Source: Candidatus Tayloriibacteriota bacterium (GTDB lineage: Bacteria > Patescibacteriota > Minisyncoccia > Phycocordibacterales > PALSA-1337). Taken from it: 64,000 nt of DNA. Below are positions 1 to 10,492 of the stretch, one piece after another. The first letter of the stretch is position 1, and every line of letters starts with the position of its first letter. Position numbers and translations under genes: made by a program. The DNA lies in assembly GCA_052034805.1 (NCBI GenBank), contig JBPOID010000005.1, positions 119,985 through 183,984 on the forward strand, written 5' to 3'. The notes beneath the pieces were generated by a model. It did not search any database. It was not told where the DNA came from and saw nothing but the letters and a program-made list of their open reading frames with translations.

Positions 1-167
1 GTTTTCATAGGCACGCATCACCACACCAGAAGCCCAGTCCTTCCATTCTGGATTGGACCTTATGGGACCTCTCACATAAGCCGTCTCAATGATATAGTCC
101 GACCCGAACATAACCGAAGTCATGAACAAGGTCAGAACAAAGGCAAAACTAACAATGTTCTTTTTCA
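1..167 (-). CDS. partial CDS (N-terminal part; gene continues past the window start), predicted secreted protein
   Basis: The minus-strand reading frame starts at the ATG at 167-165 and encodes MKKNIVSFAFVLTLFMTSVMFGS..., which looks like a signal peptide. The frame stays open to position 1. GC content is higher than in the flanking sequence. Confidence 0.3.
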
Positions 168-327
168 TTTAAACCTGCAACTTTCTACGCTTTCGCGTTT
201 CTCTTTTTGTTTATCTAATCGAATCTGCCAAAACCCTATCATCAAATAATATGATTGTCAAATAAAGAATTGTACAAAGATCAAATAGATTATTAGTAAT
301 AATAGGTTATAATTATGTTTATATTTT

Positions 328-1017
328 ATGGATAATCTTTATAAAATTCTAATAGGTGTTATACCTGCTCTTTTATGGTTATGGTTTTGGTTAAAAGAAG
401 ACAATCTACATCCTGAACCGAGAAAAATGTTAGCATTGTCCTTTATCGCTGGTGGTATATGTGTAGCTGTAGCAATAATATTAGAAGGATTGATCAAAGA
501 ATTATTTGTAATAAATGATACTTATCTCTATATATCATGGGCATTCATAGAAGAAATCGTAAAATTCATAGCCTTAGTAATAGTTGTTATGCCAAGCAAA
601 TATATGGATGAACCTATAGATGCAATGATATATATAATAACTGTAGCTATAGGATTTTCTGCAATAGAGAATGTTCTATACGTAATATACAGAACAAATG
701 TTGGAGAATTATCAGGAGCAATTATAAATAGTAATCTGAGATTTCTAGGGGCTACATTATTGCATATAGTATCTTCATCTTCTATAGGTTTTATGTTGGG
801 TATAACTTTCTATAAGAATGCTTTTATGAAAGTATTCGGAGTAATAATAGGAGTTATCCTAGCTACAACATTGCACTCAGCTTTTAATTTAGCTATAATA
901 GGAAGTAAAACAGAAGAAAGTACACTCAAGATTTTCGGATGGGTGTGGCTCGCAGCAGTGATTATTATGATACTATTTGAAGAAATAAAGTCCGTTAAAC
1001 CGAAAACTATATTATAA
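328..1017 (+). CDS. PrsW-family intramembrane protease-like membrane protein
   Basis: The protein is polytopic with several TM helices. It carries an EEIVKF (EExxK) motif, an FSAIEN motif and downstream His residues, as in PrsW/CPBP-type proteases. Confidence 0.5.
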   Translation: MDNLYKILIGVIPALLWLWFWLKEDNLHPEPRKMLALSFIAGGICVAVAIILEGLIKELFVINDTYLYISWAFIEEIVKFIALVIVVMPSKYMDEPIDAMIYIITVAIGFSAIENVLYVIYRTNVGELSGAIINSNLRFLGATLLHIVSSSSIGFMLGITFYKNAFMKVFGVIIGVILATTLHSAFNLAIIGSKTEESTLKIFGWVWLAAVIIMILFEEIKSVKPKTIL

Positions 1018-1051
1018 ATAGTACATTCTAATAAAAATCTAAATAAAAAAT

Positions 1052-1531
1052 ATGGCAAAAGAAAAAAAATCATTTTTTGAAAGACTTACAGGTTCAGTCC
1101 GTGTAAATGATGAAGATGATATTGTCGTAGAAGAAAAAGATAATAGAAAGAGCAATACTATATCTAATTCATCAAATAATTGGGTAGAAGAGGATGAAAA
1201 AGAAGGTGAATTAACAGTAGATGTATATCAAACAGCAGATATGATAGTGATAAAGACTATGATAGCAGGAGTTAGACCTGAGGATTTGGATATATCTATA
1301 ACTAGAGATATGGTAACCATAAAAGGCCGTAGAGAAGAAGAGAAGGTTGTTAGAGATGAAGATTATTTTGCAAGAGAATTATATTGGGGTACATTTTCTC
1401 GTACCGTTTCCCTACCAGCAGAAATAGATGTGGATGAAGCAGAAGCAGTAGAAAAGCATGGATTGCTTATATTGAAACTTCCTAAATTAGATAAAAAGAG
1501 ACAGTCAAAATTAAAAGTAAAAACTATTTAA
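1052..1531 (+). CDS. small heat shock protein, Hsp20/alpha-crystallin family
   Basis: An alpha-crystallin domain pattern is present (LTVDVYQT...IKTMIAGVRPEDLDISI...TIKGRREEE...LPAEIDVDEAEAVEKHGLLILKLPK). Confidence 0.8.
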   Translation: MAKEKKSFFERLTGSVRVNDEDDIVVEEKDNRKSNTISNSSNNWVEEDEKEGELTVDVYQTADMIVIKTMIAGVRPEDLDISITRDMVTIKGRREEEKVVRDEDYFARELYWGTFSRTVSLPAEIDVDEAEAVEKHGLLILKLPKLDKKRQSKLKVKTI

Positions 1532-1537
1532 TAAAAT

Positions 1538-1570
1538 AAAAACCTGATTCAAATCAGGTTTTTATTTATG
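1538..1570 (+). terminator. rho-independent terminator after the hsp20 gene
   Basis: The hairpin aacctgattcaaatcaggtt is followed by a T-run. Confidence 0.5.
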
Positions 1571-1604
1571 ATTATTTATTTCTTATAAACTAACTTTATC
1601 TCTG

Positions 1605-1678
1605 TGCCAAGGCCCAGGATCGAACTGGGGACCCTTCCCTCTTCAGGGGAATGCTCTACCAACTGAGCTACCTTGGCA
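1605..1678 (-). tRNA. tRNA-Phe (anticodon GAA)
   Basis: The reverse complement folds as a cloverleaf: GCCAAGG acceptor stem, GCTCAGTTGGTAGAGC D-arm, anticodon loop CTGAAGA, and T-loop GGTTCGATCC. Confidence 0.85.
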
Positions 1679-1721
1679 AATTTTGGGGGAAATTTAACAA
1701 ATTATTTTTCGAAAGTATTTA

Positions 1722-1988
1722 TTATTTCAATAGACTATCCAAATTCTGTTTTAAACTACTTACTGTATTCATATTATTACTTACATCACCACTAAGACTT
1801 GTTAGCATATTTATATAAGGCTGTATTAGATAATATGCTCCAAATGACATGAATATAATAAGCGCCCAATAGAATATCTTCATAGCCGTACCGATACGAG
1901 CACTTCTCTGCATAGAATGCAGTATTTGATTGTTCTCTTTAACAAGAACATGTATATTTTCAAGAAGCGATTTTTCTTCTGGGCTCAT
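1722..1988 (-). CDS. hypothetical small membrane protein
   Basis: It is an 88-aa ORF with one predicted TM helix. No family was recognised. Confidence 0.3.
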   Translation of the reverse strand: MSPEEKSLLENIHVLVKENNQILHSMQRSARIGTAMKIFYWALIIFMSFGAYYLIQPYINMLTSLSGDVSNNMNTVSSLKQNLDSLLK

Positions 1989-2067
1989 GGAAAATAGTAT
2001 AACAGATATATGATAAAAGAAAAGGGTGTGTCATAGACACAATATTTTAGAAAGAAAATATAACTTG

Positions 2068-2139
2068 TGCCCCCACCAGGAATTGAACCTAGATCTACTC
2101 CTTAGGACGGAGACGTTCTATCCGTTGAACTATGGAGGC
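2068..2139 (-). tRNA. tRNA-Arg (anticodon CCU)
   Basis: The reverse complement reads GCCTCCATAGTTCAACGGATAGAACGTCTCCGTCCTAAGGAGT...GGTTCAATTCCTGGTGGGGGCA. The anticodon loop is GTCCTAA and the acceptor stem is 7 bp. Confidence 0.8.
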
Positions 2140-2174
2140 TGTGCTAACAATCTAGCACAATATACTGATTTAGT

Positions 2175-2408
2175 TTACTCTTTTATAGCCTTTACGAATT
2201 CTTCCTCATCGAATCCTATTATTATCTTGCCACCCACATCTATTACAGGCACACCCATTTGGCTACTTTTATCTATCATTTCCTTTCTCTTTTCTAGATC
2301 TGTAGCTACATTATAATCAGTGAATTTTATATTATGAGCAGTCATATACTCTTTTGCCATATGGCAAAAATGACATGTTGGGGTTGAATATATCTTTATA
2401 TCTTTCAT
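2175..2408 (-). CDS. glutaredoxin-like protein (NrdH/YruB-like thioredoxin fold)
   Basis: The 77-aa protein has a CHFC (CxxC) motif near the N-terminus and a GVPVIDVGGKIIIGFD pattern typical of glutaredoxins. Confidence 0.6.
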   Translation of the reverse strand: MKDIKIYSTPTCHFCHMAKEYMTAHNIKFTDYNVATDLEKRKEMIDKSSQMGVPVIDVGGKIIIGFDEEEFVKAIKE

Positions 2409-2458
2409 ATATTTTATTATTTAATGGTAATTATTACAGTATAGCAGATTTTATATAA

Positions 2459-3778
2459 TTATTTGCAACTATATGATGTCTGGGGTTTATTAAGAGTAAG
2501 TACTTCTCCAGTAGAATCTACACAATAATATTTGCCATCATTGAGTATAGAAGAGACTGAGTAAGCATCTGATTTTGCAAAACATGTTATGTTCCCACCA
2601 TTATTTTTTATAGCATTAAATACTCCCTTTACATTAGCATTATCAGTCTTACATAATCCGCTATAACTACTATTATTTTTATCATAATACATCTCAGCAG
2701 CAAGTCTTATATTAGATACATAAGATTTCATTTGTGAAGCTTTTCCTTTTATTTTAGATTCATTTATAGATTTATCTATAATCTCTTTCAGAGATATACT
2801 TCCTTCTGGAATCTGTATATCTACTGGTTTATTGAAATTAGAATAAGAAATATTCATATTTATATTAGCTTGATATTTATTATCTTTATCAGGTAATAAA
2901 TCAATATTTATCTGTACATTTTTTATTAGATTATCAAACATTCCAATATCCACAAGAACAGGGTTTATATTCACAGATCCAAACATTTGACCGAGAGTAG
3001 TTTTGTAATAACTTTCAGTCTTAGGGTCAAAATCTTTATTATTCTTCTTCAATATATCCATATACATATCTACTAATGCATCTTTATCCAATACCATACT
3101 GTATCTCTTTACATAACCACCATTACTAGAAGAAAGACCTTTTAATTTAAAATCTTTGAATAATTTATATTTATTGAATAATGAATTAATATATTCTTCT
3201 GATAAATATTCTTTATTTTTATCAACTATATTTGTTGTTGATGCATTAGTATAGCTTTTAGATACATCTTCTACTTCTTTTTTGGATATGTTATACCATT
3301 TACCTATCATTTCTCTTGTAGTAGTAGATAATGAAGAATAAATACTAGGTATAGTATTTATTCTTCCATAAAGAACATCTTTTATTAATCTAACTTCAGC
3401 ACTAGCATTCATATTCATTCCATCAAAAGATATAATTGATGATAATTTTGGTGATTCTTTATCTGTCTTATCAACATCTCCAGAAATATTCAATTCTGCT
3501 GTTTGAGTTTTCTTTGATGGATCAGTGTAACTTGCCTTTATGGATAATTCTGTATGTATAGTCTTCTGTTCATATATAGCCTTAATAGAATCCATTACAA
3601 TATCTTGTACCGGACTGAAGACTCTCGCATAACCCGCGAAACTAGTAAGACCCCCCACGACAACGAGTACAATAGCGAGTATAACTATTAATTTTACATG
3701 ATGATTCTTTGGCATAGGCGCCCCACCTACAGGAGTTACAGGCATTGTAGGCATTTGATTATTCAAAATTTGATCCAT
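2459..3778 (-). CDS. membrane-anchored protein with a C-terminal type IV pilin-like globular domain
   Basis: It has an N-terminal TM anchor that is not a prepilin leader. The C-terminal ~100 aa (AEMYYDKNNSSYSGLC...C...YYCVDSTG...C) align with the globular domain of the pilin encoded at 41219-41689 (AEMLYDSNSPNSYSGLC...C...YWCIDNSG). Confidence 0.5.
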   Translation of the reverse strand: MDQILNNQMPTMPVTPVGGAPMPKNHHVKLIVILAIVLVVVGGLTSFAGYARVFSPVQDIVMDSIKAIYEQKTIHTELSIKASYTDPSKKTQTAELNISGDVDKTDKESPKLSSIISFDGMNMNASAEVRLIKDVLYGRINTIPSIYSSLSTTTREMIGKWYNISKKEVEDVSKSYTNASTTNIVDKNKEYLSEEYINSLFNKYKLFKDFKLKGLSSSNGGYVKRYSMVLDKDALVDMYMDILKKNNKDFDPKTESYYKTTLGQMFGSVNINPVLVDIGMFDNLIKNVQINIDLLPDKDNKYQANINMNISYSNFNKPVDIQIPEGSISLKEIIDKSINESKIKGKASQMKSYVSNIRLAAEMYYDKNNSSYSGLCKTDNANVKGVFNAIKNNGGNITCFAKSDAYSVSSILNDGKYYCVDSTGEVLTLNKPQTSYSCK

Positions 3779-3840
3779 AAAGATAAAAATAAATTATAAT
3801 GTTCAAATTATAACACACAATCTATAATGAAATATGAACA

Positions 3841-4242
3841 CTATAACCCCAACCAATAGAAAAATTTATGGAAAAATCCTACCGTTGCTGTTTTATCATT
3901 ATTTTCTATATCTGTATTTTCTGTATTCAAAGTAGAAGTAGATTCATCACCAACTATAATAGCCAATGATTCGCCTTCTCTGGCTACACGGAATTTGCTT
4001 CTGATTTCAGCTTCTACACCCTTTTCTGTTTTTAGATATTCTACTGACTGCTCTAGATTCTTCTTTCTATCTATAAGTCTTGATAATTCTTTTCTTTGTC
4101 TTTCTAAATTTTCATTACTTAATGCTTCTTTCTTATAAGCGCCCAATAACGCCTTCAATAATAAAAGAAATATAATACCTAGTATAATAAGACTGGCTGT
4201 AGAATGAAGTATTTTCTTATATCTTTTATCTTTATTAAACAT
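3841..4242 (-). CDS. septum formation initiator (FtsB/DivIC-like) protein
   Basis: It has a single TM helix, a coiled coil, and then EAEIRSKFRVAREGESLAII, which resembles the FtsB/DivIC C-terminal motif. Confidence 0.45.
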   Translation of the reverse strand: MFNKDKRYKKILHSTASLIILGIIFLLLLKALLGAYKKEALSNENLERQRKELSRLIDRKKNLEQSVEYLKTEKGVEAEIRSKFRVAREGESLAIIVGDESTSTLNTENTDIENNDKTATVGFFHKFFYWLGL

Positions 4243-4395
4243 TGATTAAATATTGAAGTTTATTATACATATAGTATACTATGATTCATCTATGTTATTC
4301 CAACAGAAAACCCAAAAGGCAATGCGAGTAATAATGATTGTTGTAGGCGCATTAATCATTATAAGTATGGTGGCTCTATATTTACCTAAGAACTA

Positions 4396-6177
4396 CTAAT
4401 CAGCCCTCATCATCTTTATAAATACTTCCTGAGGAATATTCACCTTACCTATTTCTTTCATTTTCTTTTTACCTTCTTTTTGCTTTTCCCAAAGCTTCAT
4501 CTTTCTTGTTCTATCTCCACCGTACATATGTTGAGTAACATCCTTTTTCATACCAGTTAAAGTCTCTGAGGAGATAATCCTACCTTGAGCTTTGGCTTGG
4601 ATTTTCATTGTGAACATTTGTCTTGGTAAAATCTTGTGTAATTTCTCTACTGATGATTTTGCTTCTTCTTCTAATCTATTTCTAGATACAACTCTACAAA
4701 AAGCCACAACGGGTTCATCAGCAACCAATATATCCATACGTGCAACATTTGCTTCTCTGAATTCACCTAATTTATATGAAATAGATGCGAAACCTGATGA
4801 AATACTTTTTATTTCATCAAAGAAATTCCTCATAAGTTCACGAAGTGGCATAGTCAAGGTAAGAGAACTTCTATGTTCTCCGAAATTTTCGGTCATAGAA
4901 ACTTCCCCTTCATGTTCGAATATTGATTGCATAATAACTCCTATGTATTGTGGTGGGGTTATTATTTTCATATTTACTAGAGGTTCCATGACCTTCTTTA
5001 TTTCATGATCTTCTGGGAAAAGTGCTGGAGAATAAACTATAACTTTTTTGCCATTTTTCAATTCTACATGATAGGTAATACTTGGAATTGTTACTACTAG
5101 ATTCAAATTGAATTCTCTTCTTAATCTTTCTGTTATTATTTCCAAATGTAACATACCTAGAAATCCGCAACGGAATCCTCTTCCCAATGTCCCAGAACTT
5201 TCTTCTTCATAAGTAAAAGATGAATCAGAAAGTCTCAATTTACCTAAAGATTGACGTAACATAGCGAAATCATCTTGGCTTTCTGGATATACTGATGCCC
5301 AGACCACAGGACTAGGACTCATATAACCAACAAGTGGTTCCAAGGTATCTTTTACCGAAGAAACAGTATCTCCTACAGAAGCTATACCTGGTTGCTTTAT
5401 TCCTGTTACTATATAACCTATTTCTCCTGTAGATAAAGTCTCTCTAGGTGTATTATCTGGAGCGAAAATTCCCACTTCTAATGCTTGGAATTTCTCATTT
5501 GAAACTTTGAAAAGTAATTGATCATGGCGCTTTACACTACCATTCATAACTCTTACATAGACTATAACTCCGGTATGATTCGAATATTGAAAATCAAAAA
5601 CAAGTGAACGGAATTCATTTGTATTATCTGGAGATTTTGGACTAGGTATTTTCTTTATAACTTCATCTAATAGTTCTGCAACGCCTTCTCCTGTTTTACC
5701 AGAAACCTTCATAACATCCTTTTCATCACAAGAAAGTAATTCACAAACTTCTTGTACAACTTCGGGTACGCGAGCGAGAGGGGAATCCGTTTTTGAAACT
5801 ACAGGAATAATAGCAAGCCCTGTTTCGCGGGCCATATTAAGTGTTGTAAGAGTCTGAGCTTGTACACCTTGTGTAGCATCTACTAGAAGTATTGAACCTT
5901 CAACAGCTTTCAATGCACGAGATACTTCGTATGAAAAGTCTATATGTCCAGGAGTATCTATAAGATTCAAAGTATGTTCCTTCCATTGCATTCTAACTGG
6001 TTGCATCTTTATTGTTATTCCCCTTTCACGTTCAAGTTCCATACTATCGAGAACTTGCTCCTGCATTTTTCTCTTTTCTATAGTATTGGTAAGCTCAAGC
6101 ATACGATCGGCAAGGGTAGATTTGCCGTGGTCTATATGAGCTATTATTGAGAAATTACGTATCTTTGATTTATCCAT
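4396..6177 (-). CDS. lepA: translation elongation factor 4 (LepA)
   Basis: It carries the GTPase motifs AHIDHGKST and DTPGH, and the LepA-specific C-terminal domain. Confidence 0.9.
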   Translation of the reverse strand: MDKSKIRNFSIIAHIDHGKSTLADRMLELTNTIEKRKMQEQVLDSMELERERGITIKMQPVRMQWKEHTLNLIDTPGHIDFSYEVSRALKAVEGSILLVDATQGVQAQTLTTLNMARETGLAIIPVVSKTDSPLARVPEVVQEVCELLSCDEKDVMKVSGKTGEGVAELLDEVIKKIPSPKSPDNTNEFRSLVFDFQYSNHTGVIVYVRVMNGSVKRHDQLLFKVSNEKFQALEVGIFAPDNTPRETLSTGEIGYIVTGIKQPGIASVGDTVSSVKDTLEPLVGYMSPSPVVWASVYPESQDDFAMLRQSLGKLRLSDSSFTYEEESSGTLGRGFRCGFLGMLHLEIITERLRREFNLNLVVTIPSITYHVELKNGKKVIVYSPALFPEDHEIKKVMEPLVNMKIITPPQYIGVIMQSIFEHEGEVSMTENFGEHRSSLTLTMPLRELMRNFFDEIKSISSGFASISYKLGEFREANVARMDILVADEPVVAFCRVVSRNRLEEEAKSSVEKLHKILPRQMFTMKIQAKAQGRIISSETLTGMKKDVTQHMYGGDRTRKMKLWEKQKEGKKKMKEIGKVNIPQEVFIKMMRAD

Positions 6178-6211
6178 AGGGTATGGCTATACTAACAGAA
6201 ATACACTCACT

Positions 6212-7891
6212 CTACAAACCTTCTTGATCAGGAACAACAACTTTTGCTTTCCAGAATTTGTGATGTAGAGTCTCATAAACTTCTACTAATTCTCTACTCT
6301 TCAATAATCTAAGCACTATTACCCATGAGAATATACCGACTATGCCTGCGCAAAATCCTTGCATAAAGACACCCCAAGCCTTGTCTAAAGTAAAGAATGT
6401 ATTAAAGAATCTAAGAGACAAAAATGTAACATATCCCATAATCACAGATGAAGCAAAACTCTGGAAAAGAGTAGCTATAACAGGTTTTGTAAAACCTTTA
6501 TAATCCCTTTCGAATATATGCCAATGCAAATAAGTATTTATAAATACACCTATAGAATAAGCCATAGGCAATACCAAAACACTTGTACCTATCTGATCTC
6601 CAACTTTGAATAAATCTTCCAAGAAAAATCTGAATTCTGGATAAAAATAGAAAGCTTTAGTGAAAATATACCCCAATACTACTATCAAAAATGAAGATAT
6701 AATATTTATGAGTAATGGCTTTGTTGTCTTGCCTTCAGCATAATACGCTCTAACAAAAAGTAATATGAGACTCTGTCCTACAACAGATATGATAAAGAGA
6801 GCCAAAGCCGCAGCGGTAAGTCTAGTATCAGCCCAATCGAATTGACCGGCTCCATATATAGTACGTACAATCTGTGCTCTAAGAACAACAAAGAGTATAG
6901 TGATAGGTATGGACCAGAATATAATATGTCTTGCAGATTCTATCATCTTTGATATAAAACCATCTCTTTTACCTTCTACGAAAAATCTAGATAATGTTGG
7001 AAAAATAGCAGAAGAATAACTAACACCAATAATAGATAATGGAACTGATTGAAGATTATAAGCTAGATTAAATATGGATATAGATCCACCAGTCATAAGA
7101 GAAGCTAGAGCAATAAGAAAGAATGTTGATATTTGATTAGAAGATAAAGTTAATGTTCTAGGAAGAGAAAGTAGTACTACCCTTTTTATATATTTCCAAT
7201 TTATCTTTATAGAAAATCTAGGAAATACATCTTTGTGTAATATAAAAGGTATTTGTATTGCCATATGCAAGAAAGCGCCTATAACAACTCCATATATAAG
7301 ACCATAAATACCGAATACAGGATATAGAAATACAATACCTATTATTATACCTATATTATATATAATAGGACTTAAAGCATAAACAAGAAATCTCTTGTAC
7401 ATCTGTGTAATACTAGAAAAGAAATTAGATAAACCCAAAAATATTGGAGAGAGTAGAAGTATACGAGTAGATAATACAAGTTCATTGAACATATTATCAT
7501 TCGCAAAACCCGGTATTAGGATTTTCACTAAAGCCGGAGCAAAAATGAAAACAATAATACTTGCTAATATAATTGCAATAAAGAAAACAGAAAAAATACT
7601 ATCAATAAAACTCCTACCTTTATCATTATCTTTATCTATTCTTTCAATAAAGAAAGGTATAAGTACCGAAGCAGAAACCAAAGATGCAATGGATACGAAT
7701 ATGAGATCTGGTATACGGAAAGCTGCATAATAAATATCCAGTATATGACTTGCGCCGAATCTATATGCTAGAAGTTTATCTCTAACAAGAGCTAACAATT
7801 GAGATAAGAATGCAAAGGTCGCTAGAAGGTATGCAGCTTCATGGAGACCTATTATCTCCCTTGTAAAGATAGAGAGTAACCTTTTTACCAT
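6212..7891 (-). CDS. murJ: lipid II flippase MurJ (MviN family)
   Basis: It is a polytopic MOP-superfamily protein. The N-terminus (LLATFAFLSQLLALVRDKLLAYRFGAS...DIYYAAFRIPD) is typical of MurJ. Confidence 0.8.
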   Translation of the reverse strand: MVKRLLSIFTREIIGLHEAAYLLATFAFLSQLLALVRDKLLAYRFGASHILDIYYAAFRIPDLIFVSIASLVSASVLIPFFIERIDKDNDKGRSFIDSIFSVFFIAIILASIIVFIFAPALVKILIPGFANDNMFNELVLSTRILLLSPIFLGLSNFFSSITQMYKRFLVYALSPIIYNIGIIIGIVFLYPVFGIYGLIYGVVIGAFLHMAIQIPFILHKDVFPRFSIKINWKYIKRVVLLSLPRTLTLSSNQISTFFLIALASLMTGGSISIFNLAYNLQSVPLSIIGVSYSSAIFPTLSRFFVEGKRDGFISKMIESARHIIFWSIPITILFVVLRAQIVRTIYGAGQFDWADTRLTAAALALFIISVVGQSLILLFVRAYYAEGKTTKPLLINIISSFLIVVLGYIFTKAFYFYPEFRFFLEDLFKVGDQIGTSVLVLPMAYSIGVFINTYLHWHIFERDYKGFTKPVIATLFQSFASSVIMGYVTFLSLRFFNTFFTLDKAWGVFMQGFCAGIVGIFSWVIVLRLLKSRELVEVYETLHHKFWKAKVVVPDQEGL

Positions 7892-7902
7892 ATTATCTAT
7901 TT

Positions 7903-10389
7903 TTATTGACCAGATTTAGTGGTTGTTTTTGTCTTTGATGAAGACTTTTCTGTTACTGGTAATGTCTTTCTCTTTTCTGGCTTATTATCTATCGGTGGTT
8001 CTACATTTGCAAATGGAGATTTGCCAGCCTTTAGATTATTTAATATAAATGCTACTTCTTTGCTATCTGGATTTGTCTTTGAAAGTTCTTCGAATTGAAC
8101 TATAGCATCACTGTTTCTATCTACTTTAGAATAAGATAATCCTAGGAAATAACGAGCATTAGCGTATTGACTATCTATAGTGATAGCTCTTTCTAATGCA
8201 GTTATAGCATTTGTATAATCCTTGTCATTGTAATACAAGAGACCTAATTGCATGAATAGAGTTTGATCATTTGGATTTATTTGTGTAGCGACTTTAGAAG
8301 AAACTATAGCGTCTTTTAATTGACCATTGCTTACTTGAACTTGTGATAATAGGAATATTGCTTCTGTATAATTCTGTTTTAATTGTAATGCACCTCCGAT
8401 AGCCTGCTCCGCACCTATAAAATCATTATTTGATGCTAATAGTCTAGCTAAGCTTAGATAAAGTGAAGGATTGTATTTATTATTAGTTATAGCTCTTAGA
8501 TATGAACTCTTTGCATTATCATATGAATTAGGGAATTTTAGAACTGAGCCGACTTCGGATACTCTAGCTTCTTCTAGATTATTATAATAATTAAGAGGAT
8601 CTATGGCTTGAGCTTTCTTTGTATAGTCTAGAGCTTCTTTTACTAGACTGGCTATTTGATCTATTGATTCTTTACTAGGTGATGTGGTGTTACCACTTGA
8701 TTGCAAAGTCTTTACCAAATTATTTAACTTTAGGATATTTGTTTCTGATAAAGCCTGATAATATAGATCTGATTCATCATAAGATACTGCTTTCTTGAAT
8801 TTATTTAGAGCATTATCTAGATTGCCAGTAACATTCAGTTCTTTTATTCCACTTTGGAAATAATTTATTGCAATAATTTTCTTTATATATAATCCAAGCC
8901 ATAATACTAATATTACAATCAATATTATATATAGATAAGATGAGAATTTCTTTAGTTTAGAATATATTCCGTTCATCATCTGAGATTTTGATTCTTTATT
9001 ATTATATATAGCACTAGACATAAACAATCCTGTAAATACAAAAGTTAGGAATATTACAGAATGAGAAGGCGTATATATAATATTCATAATCCAAAGAAAT
9101 ACAGCGATGAAAAATGCTGGAATTGAAAAGAATTTGTCTTTTATATCTTCTGATTTTCTCATCAATGACTTCACACCTTCACGAATAAAGAATATAAAGA
9201 ATAATAACCAGAATATAAAACCTATTATTCCTTGATTTACTATGAATGTTGAAATATTACTGAATCCAGATAGGAATTCTGTATTCCATATTTGTGTAGG
9301 ATTTATATCTTGATAAGGCTTATATTTCAAATATTGATATCCGAAACGATTCGGTCCAGAACCGAATAATGGTGATTCCTTTGCTGTTTCAGAAGCTATA
9401 TCTACTGTTTGTCTCCAAGGCAATATTAATTCCAATTGTTCTACATGGAATGACTTTGATAGATTGGAAGTAATAGAATTATTATTCCATACTCCGAATA
9501 TTCCTATAATCAAGACTAATACAGAAAGAATAGAGAATCTTGAGAAAAATTTGCTTATACCAGTTTTGTCTGTAGTTTTTGTAAAGAATTCATATATTAT
9601 TAACGCCAATACTGTAACAATTATAGCTGACCAAATTAAATTATAATTTATAACAAGTAATAATAAACCTGATATAACTAGAATTATATACAATATTGTT
9701 TTAGATAATTTCTGTAGAGTTAAAAACTTTATACCGAAAAGAGATATTAAACCTAATACTCCAGTCAAAATACCAAAATCATACCATTTGCCAGCAAAAG
9801 TAGATGTTGAATAAGATAATATACCGAATTTCATAATATCTGCTCCACCTAATAATCTGATTATATGTAATAAGGCTAGAAGTACTATAGATGAGAATAC
9901 AGCCATGTATATACTGAATATTGTATCTTTATCTTCTCTTGCGAAATTCTTTGCAAGAAAGAAAGCAGTGAACATAAGAAAAATAAAGCTCAATGTACTG
10001 ATTTCGAAACCTTGTCCAATAAATGATTTTAGGAAATTCGTACTAGTGAATGTAGATATGGTTATGGATATGCCAAGTAATATAATGGAATAAATCAATG
10101 GATTCTTGCGCAATTCATAATCTTTATTATATATAGTAGAAAGCACACATAATATAGAAGATATCAGTATACCCGTACTCAAAACAATTATTTTTGTTAT
10201 TTCTAGAGAGAAATAGGGAGAAGGTATGAACATTATCGGAGCCAAGAATATCGTGGCTAAGAAAATATAAAGTGAAAACTTCTTTAATTTATTACCCAAT
10301 CCTGATGAAGGCTGATCTTTTTTTACTTCTTTATTAACTTTCTCATTATTCATTTGTTGAGAATCGTAATGTGTTGTTGGTAAATCCAT
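7903..10389 (-). CDS. O-antigen ligase/polymerase-like (Wzy_C) polytopic membrane protein with C-terminal TPR repeats
   Basis: It has about 12 TM helices and an LFGSGPNRFGY loop motif as in the O-antigen ligase family. The C-terminal ~300 aa form tetratricopeptide-like repeats. Confidence 0.5.
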   Translation of the reverse strand: MDLPTTHYDSQQMNNEKVNKEVKKDQPSSGLGNKLKKFSLYIFLATIFLAPIMFIPSPYFSLEITKIIVLSTGILISSILCVLSTIYNKDYELRKNPLIYSIILLGISITISTFTSTNFLKSFIGQGFEISTLSFIFLMFTAFFLAKNFAREDKDTIFSIYMAVFSSIVLLALLHIIRLLGGADIMKFGILSYSTSTFAGKWYDFGILTGVLGLISLFGIKFLTLQKLSKTILYIILVISGLLLLVINYNLIWSAIIVTVLALIIYEFFTKTTDKTGISKFFSRFSILSVLVLIIGIFGVWNNNSITSNLSKSFHVEQLELILPWRQTVDIASETAKESPLFGSGPNRFGYQYLKYKPYQDINPTQIWNTEFLSGFSNISTFIVNQGIIGFIFWLLFFIFFIREGVKSLMRKSEDIKDKFFSIPAFFIAVFLWIMNIIYTPSHSVIFLTFVFTGLFMSSAIYNNKESKSQMMNGIYSKLKKFSSYLYIILIVILVLWLGLYIKKIIAINYFQSGIKELNVTGNLDNALNKFKKAVSYDESDLYYQALSETNILKLNNLVKTLQSSGNTTSPSKESIDQIASLVKEALDYTKKAQAIDPLNYYNNLEEARVSEVGSVLKFPNSYDNAKSSYLRAITNNKYNPSLYLSLARLLASNNDFIGAEQAIGGALQLKQNYTEAIFLLSQVQVSNGQLKDAIVSSKVATQINPNDQTLFMQLGLLYYNDKDYTNAITALERAITIDSQYANARYFLGLSYSKVDRNSDAIVQFEELSKTNPDSKEVAFILNNLKAGKSPFANVEPPIDNKPEKRKTLPVTEKSSSKTKTTTKSGQ

Positions 10390-10444
10390 ATTATATATAA
10401 TTAATGCTAAATATTAGCTTCTATTATATCATGAATGCTTTTCT

Positions 10445-10487
10445 AAATAAAAAAGCAATCAAAAAACCTCCTTTTAGGGGAGGTTCT
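10445..10487 (-). terminator. rho-independent terminator following rnpB
   Basis: On the minus strand, the hairpin aacctcccctaaaaggaggtt is followed by ttttttgattgctttttt. Confidence 0.5.
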
Positions 10488-10492
10488 CTGAT

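Noticed and set aside
2026-2316. A 96-aa plus-strand ORF.
   Set aside because: It overlaps the tRNA-Arg gene and runs antisense to the glutaredoxin-like gene. No protein family features were seen.
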